From assembly GCA_030141605.1 (NCBI GenBank), contig JAQGDQ010000033.1, positions 675,214-739,213 of the forward strand: a DNA stretch of 64,000 bases. The letters run 5' to 3'. The notes beneath the pieces were generated by a model. It made no database searches, was not told the origin of the DNA, and saw only the letters and a list, made by a program, of their open reading frames with translations. Positions 24,301 through 39,250 of this stretch are shown one piece after another. How positions within the stretch are numbered: the stretch's first letter is position 1; every line of letters starts with the position of its first letter. Position numbers and translations under genes: made by a program. Origin of the DNA: Tubiluchus corallicola. Taxonomy: Eukaryota > Animalia > Priapulida.

Positions 24301-27300
24301 TGTAAAATGCTAAACAGGCAAAAGTTTTATAGTTATGATAATTAAAAAAGAAAAAGTAAGAAAATACACAGTGCAAATTGCAAGTAAACAGTGTTCATGT
24401 CATTAAGTCAGAAATACCATTTTGTTATAAATAAGATAAAAACTGGCACGAGGACTCATAGATGCTCATACGCTACTAGCAAAATTTTCAAATATTACAT
24501 CTTAATCTCCTTTCTACGGAAAAAAAGAAGCATGACAATGTTACATACACTTTTTATATGTTACACTGTACCTGATAGCATATGACAAAATGTGGAAAAT
24601 GAACTTATAAAAAAACATAGAAACATGCATTGAACAGCAATATTCAACTAATAAGAAGCAGTATGGTGTTTACTAAAGCTATTTCTGTTGAAGCGTATTA
24701 TAAGAAAATTAAAATGACAAAAAATAGGCAAAAAATTACCATCCCATGGCACTGTTGCACCACTTGCTGTCGTGCAGGTCTCACTCACAGGCAGGAACAC
24801 TTTCTCCCACCCACCTGAGCCGTACCTCCACGAACCAGACTGCAGAATTAATGTACGATGAGTTGCATATGAAACCATGAAACAGTACATAACATGATGC
24901 AGCTGGCAACCATAGCCACAGCCTTTGTTGACATTGCATAAGAGTTTTTTGGCACTTTTACAATCACCAGGATTCTAAAATGAAACAAGCTTTATATAAT
25001 CTAACAACAGATTCACTTGACAACTAACATTATTTAACATACATCACCTACACCATCACCTTTTCGGTGACGATGGCTGAAAAACTGAGACAATAAAACA
25101 CAGTAGGCCTACATTCAGAAAAATGATTATTAAGCTGTAAAAAAATTACTTGCATTTGAAAACTTAACTGCAATTTCACAAGCAGTTTACATATACGAAG
25201 TGTTTGCAATTAATTGCAATTGCTAATATTAAGCCAATAGTATTAAGTCCCAGAAAGAAGAGGCTGTTTTGGCAAATTATGATATAAAGAATTATCATGT
25301 AATGGCCTGCATAACTCAGCCAACGTTTTATACTAAAACTGGTTAAAAACAGCTACAATTAAGTAATTCGTTTCACACTTTTTTATCAACTTCACTGAAA
25401 TGACACTTTAACTTTATAGTCGTTTTTATATTAATTCTGCTCAATCTCATATTTCAACTTTAAATTAAATTGTATTTTACAATTATCATTCATAAATTTT
25501 GCAATTCTTTTTGCCATCATTATACCATTAAACCCATGTTTATTCAGCAACTTTCTTTAGACTAATATGAATTTTGATGTAGAATTTAGTAGTTAATTCT
25601 GTCTTGTCAAAACTGGCTGTTACAGTTAAACAAGTCTGCCAAGTTAATAATCTACAACTCAGCAATCCAATTAAATTAAGGAAAGTAATTTTCTTACAAA
25701 TCTGCTTGTCGCAGTAAAACTCATTTATGACTAGAAGCAGCTGAAAGGTATTGATCTGACATTCAAAATCTGAGTTCAAGCAACTTCAACAAATTAATCT
25801 CTCAAAGACAGTAGCTATTAAACATTGACAATTTCAATGAATCAAAATGTCAAAGCAATATTCAAGAATCCAAATAACTACATGGTAAGCTTCTGTAGCA
25901 CTCATACAGTATTTAATCAGCAGTTTAAAAGAGCTTTTCCTTAACAGAGACAAATTATTCAAGTCCAGTATTAATTGTAAAAAAATAAAGATGATTTTCA
26001 AGTTAAGGCACATCGTGAAAAGTTTCATGTTCAGGAAAAATACTAAATCTTCAAAGAAACAATTTGCGGATCAAATTCCTAACTTTCTTTATTTTCTGAA
26101 TCTAAACAAATGAGGCTCAAAAATATTCTTGACAGCATAAGGAAATATTACTTTCCATTCATATAAATTATGGTTATTGAAAATGTGAAAGCCAGCATTT
26201 ATTTATCTATTTATTGCTTTGTACCTGCAATTTATGCAATCTTTTTTGCACAATATCAGAAAGTTCTTGTGCTTCTTTCTCCCGCCATGCTTTCAATCCG
26301 CCAATGTCTGCAAGTTTTTCTAAATCATCGATGACCGTGCTACAAATGCGCAGAAAACGAAAAATGTATTGAGACATAACGTCAAAAGAACCTAAATCAG
26401 CTTGACTTTGCTTTGCTTTGTGTGAATGTAAAATACGTCATTATGATGTATAAGACAGTCATCGACAATAAATAATCACAACAAAGAATAAATTTATATA
26501 CTGTATCAGTTTGTAACAAAAGAATGGTTCTATGAAATTGCGTTCTATGTCAAAACAGCAAGAAGCAGTAAATACTCATTTCCAAAGCAATTTTCCATCA
26601 ACTTATATTTGCTATATAATTTGACATAACTACACAGTATTAATATAAAGCTGACAAATAAAATGTGATCTTAATCTTTGATGATGAAAACCTAAGTTTA
26701 TTTAAGCATTACTTTACCTAAAAAACATAATTCAGAAAAAAATTTACTTTTGCTGGAAGCTTGCATTATCTAGCAACTTGGAAATTTTTTCCTTGGTGAA
26801 TGCTGAAATCGAAGAAGAATCAGACAAACTTTTTAACTCTGCTCTGATGTAGAACCACAGTTCAGTTACACCATTTTGCACTTTTCTTCGCAACTGCTCG
26901 GATGCTTTAGATGGTAAACCTACAAGAAATGTTTTTATTTTTACATTGCTTTTTTATCGGTATAATCGATTACCTTGGCAAAGCATTCGTTTATAAAATT
27001 TTCCTTTACTAATGATATTCCTGCAGGTATTTTCAAAGCGTAAGGAAAACTGTATTTTTGATTTATCAGGTCATTCGATATTCGCAAAATTGATGCTGTT
27101 AGGCATGAATGATGAACGTACATTATAACACAGAGTATACATTATTAATGATTATACATAACTAATGAAAATGTAACAGATGCAATTTGTCTCTTAAAGA
27201 ACTTAGCATTTAATTTAGATGAACAAATTAATTATTTCCATACAATATACTGCATTTAGTAAAATCAACTACACTGCTTGTACAGTCATTCCAAAAATAT

Positions 27301-30300
27301 TTGATTTTTAATTACAGTAATGTTTAGATTATTAAATGAAGAAAGACTATACGCATACTGCAAATACTGCTCTAGCAAAAAGTTCTAATAAACATGTGGA
27401 ATTTATGCACCTATTACTGTGGAAGGTAGATTTGGAGTAAAGAGGGGGGGATTCACCCTCCACCAGTGGTGACCACACTTAAAGGCAAAAATGTCACAAA
27501 ATTTCAAAAATACATGCAATGAGCAGAAAATACAAAATGTCACAGAAACAAGTCATCAAACGAACATTGTAGGCAAGACATGTGAACAGCAGACTATGTG
27601 ACCTTACAGCATTTCTGATCTACTCATATGCAAAATGTGTTTGACAAAGTTTGAGTTAGGTAACTTTACTTTTGCAAACCCAGCAGCCAAAAGAAATGAG
27701 TGCTGTCATAGATGATAACTGACAAGGAAGTATAATTATAATTAGAAGATGTTTATCCTCTTCCAATTATTTTAGCTTCACTGAGCAGTAGACACATATG
27801 CAGTGATCACGTTTTTTAAAATTTTTATATATACACTGAAATTGGTCAAAACAGGTGCTCAAGATACTAAAATTTGCATATTTTCCTATTATATGCTACA
27901 TAAGGTAGTCATAATAATTACAAGCTCAAGCACAAATGTCCAAAAAATTTAGTTTACCGTTTATAAAATTTACTATGCAAGTGTGGTTCAAAAATCTTGA
28001 ACGTGGGTTAAAATGCATGAAAATGCATCATTTCACTACAGTGGATATTACAAATAGTGCAAAAGGCCTAATATTTTATTTTGCCAGTGGCTATATATGT
28101 ATATATATTCAGAAGCTAGCTAAATGATACACTGGCAAAGTGTACCAGTATTTAAATGTGTATTGCTTTATTTCTAACATATATGCTCTAGCAAAGCGAC
28201 AGACTGGCAAAATAATGCTATGGCAAAATAGGTGTTGAACTACATTATATTTTTAATATACATGCACTGGCTAGATAATAGACTGGAAAGTGATGCACTA
28301 GTTAAATGCTACACTGGTGAATTGTGCCTTGGAGAAGTGATACACAATCATTCTGGCAAACTATTATATAATTACAAACATGGCACAAATAAGTAACACA
28401 GTAGCATACATGTCAAAATGAGGCTACGCAAGAAGACTTGTTAAACCAAATGCCATAGTAAAAGAAGACCTTTTAATCTAATTCAAAAAATGAATTATCA
28501 AAACAAGTATATTACTTACTAAAACTATCTTGTTTGTATTCATCGGAGTGACTAGCTTCAGCATGGACGGCACTCTGTACATCTGGTGGAGGTTTAACCC
28601 TTCAAACAAAGTTACTCCATAAATAACTACGACAACAAATGACTACAAAATAGTATAAAATGACACTATCTAACAGATATTAATTCTGTTGGTATGTGTA
28701 TGCTACATACATAGATAATTAGGTATACGTAGTTTCTGATGCTATAGCTCCAACAATTGCAACTATTCTCAACAATTCTTACATCAAGCGAAGCATTGCG
28801 ATCAAGCATGGTCTCATTCACGAGGTTTATTTTCAAGTCACGGGAGAACGACAGTCAAAAAACCAAAATAAACATTTCTTCGCACAAACTGAGATAACAG
28901 GAAAATGACCAAGATGTAGTTGGCAATGGATAACCCATCAGATGGCAGGTATAGTAGGCATAGCTGGATTTCACAGTTTTCGCAATTAGCACTTTTCCGA
29001 ACCATGTGATTATTTTTAAACTTCGACCAAACCATATACAGAAAAACACCTGTGACTGGTTGGGCACTTGGTGTCTTGGAAAAAGTTTCAAAGTTATTTG
29101 GAAAGAGGAAGGACTAGGCTACATGATCAGGTGAGTCTCTTTAAAAAAACATTCATCAGAGTCAACAAGAATAGCCTTTACCTGTAAGCTGCAGCAGACT
29201 TTGTGTTACATAGATAAAAAATTAGGTATGTTTTTATTACCGTCACAAAATGGCAAAGCACAAAGTGGAATTTTCGTGCATTACTGATCATGATACTGTT
29301 TTCTATAAGCAAGCTTCAATATGTAACCAAACTTTATCTATTAGCCTGTTACCATTGTTAAAGGAGCATCAATTAGTAGACCTACACTATGCAGAATGCT
29401 TGTGCATTACCGATAATCAATAAGCAAAATCCTTGCTGGAGTTTTGCTAGTAAAATTGGTTACAGGACACAGGGCTTAGACATGCTATTTCGACACAAAC
29501 ATTTTGGACACATAGGTTATTTGAACACAGAACATTTTGGACATCATTTGGACAGATAGGCTGTTTAGACACTAGGTGTTTTGGACAAACAGGACATTTG
29601 GACACATAGAACATTTTGATACAAGGTAATTTGGACACAAGATGATATGGACATGGACACGAGGTAATTTTGACACATAGGCCATTTTGGTATAAGGTGA
29701 TTTGGACACAGGTTATTTGGACAAGTAAGCTATTTAGACACTAGAAGCTGATTCACATGGGTCATTTGGCGCTACTTAGGTGTTTTTGGTACAGGATATT
29801 CAGACACGTAGATAATTTGGATACATAAACTGTTAGACAAGGTACCAGTTGGATTCAATTGGGACATGGTACCATTTAGCAGTATATTTTATTTATTTAT
29901 ATCCTGTTCTTGGAATTGTGTGCAAAAGTCAAGGAGTTTACGATCTCTCAAAAACCGTGGATCAAACAAATGACAGGTATATTAACTATTCTGAAAGATT
30001 CTTTTTCATGCTCCCTGCATGCGGCGACAACAGCTGAGGCGATTAATGTAACTGCGACAGGTGCAGCTGACACGGTATGCCGCCTGGTGATGAAGATGGA
30101 TATGGTGACATTTCTTTTACCTTTTCATACTGAACTGAAAAACCGAAATCTAATGGTCAATCAAGTATGATAAAAATACAAGATAGATTGAGCTGTTTAG
30201 GTGTTAATTAAGATTAAATGATGAATATCGGCAAAAGGCGTTTCCCCTGGAAGATTTTTCTTTACAAGCTATTAAAATGTGCTCTTTATCAGATAAAAGA

Positions 30301-33300
30301 TATCAGATAACAACATGTTAAAACTGAAATTGGCAAGGTATAAAAGTGGCCACCATTTTTCGTAGCCATTCAGCATATCACTAATGAAAAATGAAAATTA
30401 AAATCTGTATCTAGCGGTAGTCTCTGTGCCGATCACATCGATGCCGAAACTGTATTTAATAATTTAGTTAAATATATAAAAATATAATAATATAAAAATA
30501 AAATATCAATCGAATTGCCAATTTGCCTTTAATTTCTCGAAAATTATGAAAAAAGGAGGATCTGCGATACATATCCTTCCGTTTTTATATATACAGACTT
30601 ATGAATAGCTTTTGACACTAGACTCATTACTCATGATGAATGGAAATAATTTTGTCATCTTGGTTAACTAAAAGCCAAAATGCAACTCATCAATGAGGCT
30701 GCTTCCAATGAGGATTCCCAGACAACAAGAAATAAGCTTAACATGTCTTAGTACTACTTTGTTACAGTATGCAATTCTTATGTCAAAATGACTTGTGTCC
30801 AAAACACCTAGTGTCCAAATATCCTATGCGTCAAAATCGCATTGTGTCCAAATTGCACGCATCAAAACACCCTTGTGACCAAATTTCTTGAGTCCAAACA
30901 TCCTATGTGTCCAAAATACATTGGGATCAAATGACCCATGTTTTCAAATGTCTTGTGTCCAAATAGCCTCGTGCCAAAATTACCTGTGTTGAAAATCGAA
31001 ATAGCCTATGTGTCCAAAATGGCTTGTGTCCAAATAATCTAATTATCCAAATGTTTTGTGGCTGAACGTCGTGTGTCCAAATGTCTGTGTTAAAATGTCT
31101 GAACACCATAAAAATGTTATTTTACTCAATGCGTGAGCACTTACATGTGCTAATAGAATTCGCAGTGAAGGCAAAGAATGGAAAAACATACACGTCGTCT
31201 AATAAATGTCAATAAGCCATCTTATTCTCTGTAATTAGAGGTAGCATGTATAGACGAATAACATGATTAGGGTATAACCGAATAGCTGCCACATTTAATT
31301 AGCTGCATTCCTTCCGTTAATTATTGACTAGTGAAGCAAAAAGCCTACAAGCTGCCTTAGCATCACTTAATGCATAATTAGGTTTATATTCGTTCACTAT
31401 TAAGTTAATTTTGCATGAAGTACTTAACAAAATGAAACATATTATGCTAAATTATGCTAGCAGATACCAGACATGATTATGAGTTAACTGTGGTGAAAAA
31501 CTGAGAGGAATACAACAAAAATGATCACCACACTACTACAGTAGTATAGAGCGTTGATGAAATGATCCTAGCTCAGTGTATGAAAAGGTGAGTAACAATA
31601 CCAAGAGTAATACTGGCTGGATAAATCACGTGTGGCAATCAAATGACAGCAGGCGGTCCTACGTATAATTTTGGCCAGATAAACATGGACTTGGTCAAAA
31701 CTTTGAATAACTGCGTAATACTAAACATAATTAAAAATCACCAGATAACAAGTTCGAGAGCTAAAATTTGTTTTTATAAAAGCAGTTAACTGCTGCAAAA
31801 GGTCAGATTGACAGCTATGGCGGTTCTAGGATTAACATGAGTAGATCTAGCAACAACAGACCTGCCAACCATTTGCAGGTAGAACGACAGATAGAACACC
31901 CAGGGATCATTTCACCACTGGTTGAGGTCCAAAGGAGCAAATTAAGTCCAATTTTTTTTTGCTTTTTTGCTAATCAAGTTATCAAAAAATTGAGGCAATA
32001 AAAATAAAAACAAATAAGGTAATTTTTGAGTACTGCTGAGCTTTCCTACTCTGTTATTGCAGTACACAATGCTTTATATCTACTATTTTCTTTTGTACAC
32101 ACCAAAAAAATAGTTTTATTTAAATTTAAGTTTACTTGTTTTGTATAGCTAAAATCGATATAAATATGTGCTTGAATGTTGTACAGAAAAAATGCATTAA
32201 CCTAATACTCAAATAACAATTCTAAATAGCTAAAAAGTTTAAAAGAAAAATTTAGTAAAATTAAAATAAAAATATAGAAAAAACTTCTGTTATAAAATAG
32301 TTAATGAAGCTGTTAGGAAGAAATAGCAAACAAGAGTGCTTAATTTTCAGTAACTGTAATATTAGCTAGTGTAACATACATCGTGAGACTCATCAACTTT
32401 ACTGTATTGTTCAGAGTAATGAAAGTAATTGTGTTATTGTTAGTTCAGACGGCAAAGGAAGCTGATTTTCAAACTTGGGTATAAAATTGCAGAATGCAGG
32501 AGAACTGAAATTCAATCCGCGAGCAGATGTCAAAGACTTAAAATATGTGTGACACATGCCTAACGTGTAAGAGTTGGCTGGTCTGCAACAACTGGTCTGA
32601 CAGAGTGACACTCTGCCACAGATATGCCATCCTAATGACCAGAAAGCTACTAAATATATGGATCTGAATAACATGCAATTTACTAACATCACCCCAATAA
32701 TGCTGAATTATTATCTTGCGTTGAATTTGTTACAGATTTCACGTATTTATAAAAGTTCTACAGTATGGCGATAATCATTACAAAGCACTAATAACTTGCG
32801 AAAATGCAAAAGCGTTCTCTGCCATTGCACACCATTCCAACTCAAACTAATGAAAAACAGTGGAAAGTAATCTTCATAATAAATCCTTGCTAGGAAACAA
32901 AGGTGCCCAAGTGATATAAATTAATATAAATAAAAGCAAGCTGGTTAAAACATATATACATGTAAACGTCTTACCTAAAACTGAAAATGTTTCGTATCAT
33001 GATTTTAATCTCATCATACTGGTTAATCTTAATCAGGGGAAGGAAAGGTAGCATCTTTTTTGTTTGGCACTGAGAATTAAGCATTACTTACCATAAATTT
33101 TTACTGCCATAGGTTACATACAATCTGCATACATACATACAGACAGCATTAATACAAAGCCCCAATCAAAACAATCCTACAAAGTCAAATAGACAACTTG
33201 AAAAACTATGCTCACCTCTGTTCATTTATGAAATTTCTTAGCTCTTCATTCTGTATTCGTAGATGATCTAGCTCACTCAGCGCTCTCCGAATGCGCTCGT

Positions 33301-33409
33301 GTGTGGCAGCACTGTCATCGGAGGTCTGGTATACAGAACCGAACATATACAAAATGACTAGCATCCATACAGCCAACAGAATGACTACCCATCGTGCAGT
33401 GTTGCGCAT
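21328..33409 (-). CDS. FUT8: Alpha-(1,6)-fucosyltransferase (core fucosyltransferase, GT23), 9 coding exons, ~561 aa
   Basis: Exons 33409-33216, 28599-28520, 26919-26748, 26339-26225, 24974-24740, 23585-23339, 23127-22951, 22551-22401, 21642-21328 (1686 nt, phase-consistent GT-AG). Type II TM N-terminus, [60 protein letters not shown] and a C-terminal SH3 ([15 protein letters not shown]). Confidence 0.97.
28115..28370. repeat. Degenerate ~18-20-bp tandem array (ACTGGCAAA core)
   Basis: Recurring ACTGGCAAAG / ACTGGCAAAA / CTAGCAAAG / ACTGGAAAG units in FUT8 intron 2. Confidence 0.55.
29450..31110. mobile_element. Foldback-like element with long modular inverted arms
   Basis: ~29460-29870 is an array of ~19-20-bp TTTGGACACA units; ~30780-31105 is the reverse-complement array (TGTGTCCAAA); ~900-bp unique centre. 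Confidence 0.8.
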
Positions 33410-33856
33410 GTTACAGCCAGTAGTAACCTTACTAAAATCTGAGAAATATAAAAACAGTCAACAATTAATTCATTTGACAGTTAATTCAACTGAAAACTAG
33501 TAATTTCTAGAGTACAATACCTTACATGTGTAAAAAGCATCCATCACGCCTAATATTTTTAAGTGCACTTCACTGTAAAATGTGGTCAGGCACAGGCCTG
33601 TAAACATGCACTCTCAGCAGTATCACAAATGCAAGACTTTTACCATAGGCCTACATTCTAGTCTAAAGAAATTCCAGAGTTTCAGAATGCACACAATCGA
33701 AACTATGTAGACATAATGGTAGGCCTATACAATAATTTTTGTTCTATGTTGACTAGCTAAACAGGCAATAGCCATCATTGTAAGAAGTACAAGTTTACGT
33801 TGTACTATAAATGTTTTAGCCTTAGCACTGGATTATTGCTTTCTTTCATATGGGGA

Positions 33857-33858
<2 letters not shown>

Positions 33859-33905
<47 letters not shown>
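33859..33905. repeat. (TA)n microsatellite
   Basis: Pure TA run. Confidence 0.95.
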
Positions 33906-33906
<1 letters not shown>

Positions 33907-34739
33907 TTATGACTAGTTAGTTACCCAAGATGCATTCCAATGTTAGTACTAATACGTCAACCCATTCTTCTCTTTTTGCTCTGGGATTCACTTCATAGTG
34001 GAAGCGCTGAAGCAACTATCTCAGTTTCGTAGATCAGTGAGAAGAAGCCATAAAAAACTATCTGGTGATTAGGTCGCTCATTCTTCACAAATTTAATTTA
34101 AAAGCACACTACTCAGTTATTACTTAATTTCTTAAATTATTTTTGCCTCTGCCTGTAAGAAAGTTCTCCGTATCCTGTTGTCTGCACCCACACAGGGCCA
34201 CTAAATGATCTCACATTTTGCACAACTGAAATCATTTTCTGGTCATGTGAAGTCACATTCTGCATGTTTAAAAACATTTTGCTGAGCCCCTGCGAGCAGC
34301 TGATTAATATCACATATTGTACTTATTTTGTTAATGTACATAATCATCTTTTTATTCACACATAATATCATAATATTGTATTACATGTAATATAATAGGG
34401 TAAGTAGTGCCATTTTACATTGTTATATATACATTATGTTGTTAGTAGCGGATACAACATTTCGTTAATATTATTAACTGTGAAACCTCCCATTACATAT
34501 TCATTAAGCAAAGACCAGAATAGAATGTTGGCTGTTACGTCAACAGGTCTATAACGAGGACTATAGTGGTTCATGTGTACTCTAATACGCTTTCTGCCTA
34601 GAATGGTAATACTAGTATTGTTATTTAACACAGCCAATGAGCAGAGAACTGGATTAACAGATAAATTTATTTTACAATCGAACTTTATTTAGATATATAT
34701 ATATTAAATATATATATAATATATAGTAAACTTTATTTA

Positions 34740-35290
34740 AAATGTGTTTATGGAAAAGTATATCTAGAGGACATGTATCAGCAAAACACAATGTCATACT
34801 AGAAAGGGAATTTCTAGGCAAGTTTAAGATTCATCTCACTGCTTTTCTATATTCAGTAAATAGCATCAACATACAGTTCTTTGAAAAATCATTAAGGGAA
34901 CATCCTCAGAAAAAGCAGCAGTAAGCGTGAAATAATTTAAACATTACTCGTTTGCCAGTCAGCGACTTAAAGGAGCACAATATAACATTAGCAGACGAAA
35001 TGAAATCTTTTTGACATCTTAGAACATCAGCAATTTCATTAAGGTTTGATGTTAGTTTGTGACCTAGGTGACCCACTATATCAGTCCAATCTAACACTGT
35101 ACCATTAACTATAATTCTAGCTGAGTTAGTAAAGTTCTGGTTGTTGGTAAATAAAATGCTGGAGATCATGCTTGTTGAATAGAATTATTTCAAGCTTGTC
35201 AGCATGCTGGGTGCACATACTGAACATTGATTTAAGGCAGGTTGCACGAGGTGCCAGCAGGGTTACATCATCCACGTACCCCAGCATAAC
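34740..35290 (-). mobile_element. Non-LTR retrotransposon RT fragment (different family from the 2.6-5.9 kb element)
   Basis: Minus strand reads MLGYVDDVTLLAP (YxDD motif), then ..LDWTDIVGHLGHKLTSNLNEIADV..DFISSANVILCSF..KLFHAYC. Confidence 0.7.
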
Positions 35291-36374
35291 TGTTCAGCAA
35301 GTCACTTAAATGTACAACTCTGTGAATCAAACATTAGCTTCTACGAAACCACACTTTGGTTAATCTTATTTGGCTTGGTTTTCCATACAATATAGTTTTG
35401 GCCAAAATTAGCAATTCTTGATGATGAACAAAGCCTACATTATCTGCCACAAATGCAGTAATTTTACGTTAATTAGGATTTCTCCTACTGCAGTTATCAT
35501 TTTATGCAGAGCTTGCAAATTCAGACGGGGGTGAGCATTTTTTTAATTTAAAATCATCCAATTCTGATTATTCTGTTACCATTTTAAATGTGGAAGAAGT
35601 AACATGTTGGCATGAGAACAGGATAACACTTACAAATGTGAGTGACACACGCCAAATACATGTGATTGCAATTAACTGCCATTGGTAGGTATGCCATTAA
35701 TTCTCCTTACCTTCTAATTTTGAAACAAATTACCGGGGTAACTAATTACGGTCTTTTTTAATAATCTGTTCATGAACAAAATCTAAATTATGTCCGTACT
35801 TAGTGGATTTTCACACGTGACACTATGCTTGTAGGTTGCATGCATCGCTCTATATGAAATACCCTTACAAGATACAGCAAAAATTCTGTGATCATTTGTT
35901 TAACTTAAGCACACGACAGCTTGCTGGGTTTACTATTTACGACCGTTTTTCTTACCAGTATTTATATATTTATGGGTGCGACATTTTAAATAATATCAGT
36001 GGTTGGCCAGCTTTGAGAACGAGAGTGGTTCTGACAAAAAGTAAAAACATCTGCATATCTTTTGTTTTGGCTGCCTTTATAATATATATACTACAGGCCC
36101 CACACTAGCTTAACCCAGCCTTGCCAAAGTGTTGGGTTCATTAATTGGTATCGACATCATAGGTGTCTTTCCCAGCATTTACATTGGAAAAATTGCACAT
36201 TAAATTTATCAGCGATTTAGTGGTTCTACTAGTTCAGTAATGTCATTGCAGATAAGTGGTCCAACCAGTGAGTGGCTTGCTAACAAGCGACCAGTTATTC
36301 GGTTAACATTTTTCCAGAATGATCACTTGATTCGGACCCTTGTAAAAGGCTCCTATTGAAGTTGCATAATTTTA

Positions 36375-39250
36375 GTGATGAAAGATTCTCTTTATAATCA
36401 CAGCCATCCAACAAGCAGTGTCTTGGGCCCTACATTATTTATCTGCTACATAAATAATATATGTCTGACATATATGTGGCAATACAAATGCATTGTTTAC
36501 AGATGTTGCAAAGATATTCTTCTAATAATGGTGAGTGTCAAAAGGATAGCAAAAAAATTACAAATCAGCTTGAACAACTTGCAGGAATGGGCAAAAATTT
36601 GCCAAATAAATTTTGATATAGACAAACATAAAATGGTCGATGTAGGCAACCATAAATTCGATGAACATGCTGAAACTATAGCTAATAGCGGAAACAGAAT
36701 AGTTGGAACGATTAAATGCTTATGTGACTATACACACAGACTCTTATGGGGACACTGACATATTTCTGGCATCATACACTGCACTAGTTAGACCAATAGT
36801 GCAATATGGTAATATAGCGTGATCACTATGCTGCAGGAAGGACATCCATGTAGATGCTACTGTACAGCATACAGCAACACAGTTGGGCAATTCCATGGTG
36901 TCGGATGTACATTTCAAACGCTGATTCTTTGCTGGCTGTTTTTACATATAATGATTATTAAGTAATTGTAGGTCTTATATACAAAAGGCAGTCTCCTCTA
37001 TAAGTTCAAGCTATATTAGTCTCTTTGTGTTTGTATTTTGAGAAATAATTTGACAAAATATTATGGTGTCGGACGTACGCAGAAACCGTGTATTTTTAAG
37101 ACTTGTTTGAATAAGATTCAAAATTTTGTGAAGTATGGATAGTTGAGTTTAACTTTTTGATGTGTGTGTGTACTGTACCTACTTATGTAAATAATGATTA
37201 GGATGTTGAGCTTGATTAAGCTGAGGCTAGTTATTCACTTTGATTTATATTTGGTGTCGGACGTACATTTTTTTTGTGTCGGACGTACTTGTGCAAAAAC
37301 TAAATAAAAACTGGTGGTTCTGTAAGCAAGGTTTTTTCACAAATGTGTAACTGTCATTATAGTGACTATATAAGCCTGCACTGCTAATAAGAAAAAATAT
37401 TTCGTTGTAAAAAAATGTAAGAGGTCACTGTACATATTAGTTTCTTAAGTCCAATATACAAACTTTTCGGTGAAGTGTTGCCCTGGATGCTTTTTTCTGG
37501 TGTGTGCTTTCCTAAGAAAATGTGACTCTATGATTGTGGTATCTCTTACACCGAAAACCAACATTATTCTTATCACAGGAATACAATTGATTCCCAGTAC
37601 CTACGGTCTAAAATACAATGCATACTTCATGTCTGCAACACATACACATGGGTACATGACATGAGGTGATAATGGTGTAACAGAAAGATGAGCGATTATA
37701 ATGTATGTCTGACAGTGGGTATATCTGACACCAAACTAGCACACATTTGCCACAGACAGGCCTATTATGGGTGAAGCATAGTTGCATTATGGGATACCTG
37801 ACCTTAAAGGAAAGGCCAAACCTTCTAGCAGGCATTTGCCCACAGACAGCCCTATTATGGATGAAACATAGTTGCCTTATAGGACACCTGACGTTAAAGG
37901 AAGGCTAAGCCTTCTGACAAATTAAGTTAAATTTAAATATTTGTGAAAAATGTTAGAAGGATTTAGTAATGTGAGTGTTATAAGCGCCGCATGCAATTAG
38001 TAAAATCACTTGCGACCATTTCACATTTGGGCGCTCCCATTTTGAACAACCATTCCTCCACCAATGACATCTTTATCGACTGAAGAAAAGCAGCACAAGT
38101 TGTCCATTTGCATTAAAGATGTAATAAATTTTTACAAAAAAATAAGATAACGAATTTTGTGATATTTTTGCAAGAAGATTAGGTTAGCCTTCTAACATTT
38201 TTTGCGAATATTGAAACAAGTTTGACTTCACAGAATGTTTTGCTTTTCTTTCAAGGTCAGGTGTCCCATAATGTAACTATGTTTTGTCAATACTAGGGCT
38301 GTCTGTGGGCCAATGTGTACCAGTTTGGTGTCAGATGTACCCGGTGTCAGACGTACATTATAATGAGTAGTATTTCTACTAACCATTATCATCTAATGTC
38401 ATGTTTCGATGTGTATGTGCTGCAGACATGAAATACGCATTGTATTTTAAACTGTGGTGCTAGGACCAAATCGCATTGTTGCGAGAACAATAAATGCTAG
38501 TTTTTAGTGTCGGACATACCACAATGACAGGATCCGGTTTCCCCAAGTAGCAAGCAGAAGAGAAACATCAAAGGCAACACTTTACACCACACTGAAAAGC
38601 CTATATAGTGGACTTAAAGAACTAATATGGAGAATGACTTTAGACTGTTTTTTATAGGAGAATATTAAAGAGCAAAATCAGCACCAAATTTGCATGTAGA
38701 GATGAGCAGATTATGAGCTTCTATATTCAAGGTTATATTTTAATCTAAATGTGTTTATTTTGTATCAAAAGTATTTTTCTTCAAAACTAGGTGACATTAT
38801 CTGCATAATTAATACACAAATAACTTTGTAGAATAATCTCAATATGTACGGGTTGACATTTTGGTGGAATTGCCTAGATGGTACTGTAATATAGCATTTC
38901 AAATTTAGAGTATGAAGACAGGCTACTGACACTGAAATTGCCTAGTTTGATATACCACAGGTTCAGTGTAATATGATAGAAGTTTACAAGACTAAACATG
39001 GTTACTTTGTTATACTATTAACTTTGGATCTAGTGAAGAAGTGAAGAAACTGTCCATAGACATTCTGCATAGCATCAACATACTTTTTGACACGATGACA
39101 CATATTGCCATTAGAATATGTATCACAAATAAGCAATGATAGAATGAATTTATGAAATCACAAAATGATTAAAAACCAAAGAAAACACATTCTAAAATTC
39201 AACATTCAGCCGCACAAACAGACCTTTGAGTAGACAGGTATCGGCTTCAA
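36375..39250 (+). mobile_element. Decayed CR1/L2-group LINE 3' half, split by an insertion at 36885-38875
   Basis: PTSSVLGPTLFICYINN, LQISLNNLQEWAKICQINF, YTALVRPIVQYG, VQHTATQL on the left; resumes with SNLEYEDRLLTLKLPSL..IEVYK after 38880. Confidence 0.8.
36885..38875. mobile_element. Non-autonomous DNA transposon with short TIRs and a large internal inverted repeat
   Basis: Termini GGGCAATTCCA ... TGGAATTGCCT, flanks AGTT/AGAT (possible 4-bp TSD), repeated GTGTCGGACGTAC motif; cleanly interrupts a LINE reading frame. Confidence 0.8.

Noticed and set aside
29450-31110. CRISPR-like array
   Set aside because: Degenerate tandem units without unique spacers, in eukaryotic intronic DNA, with no cas genes.
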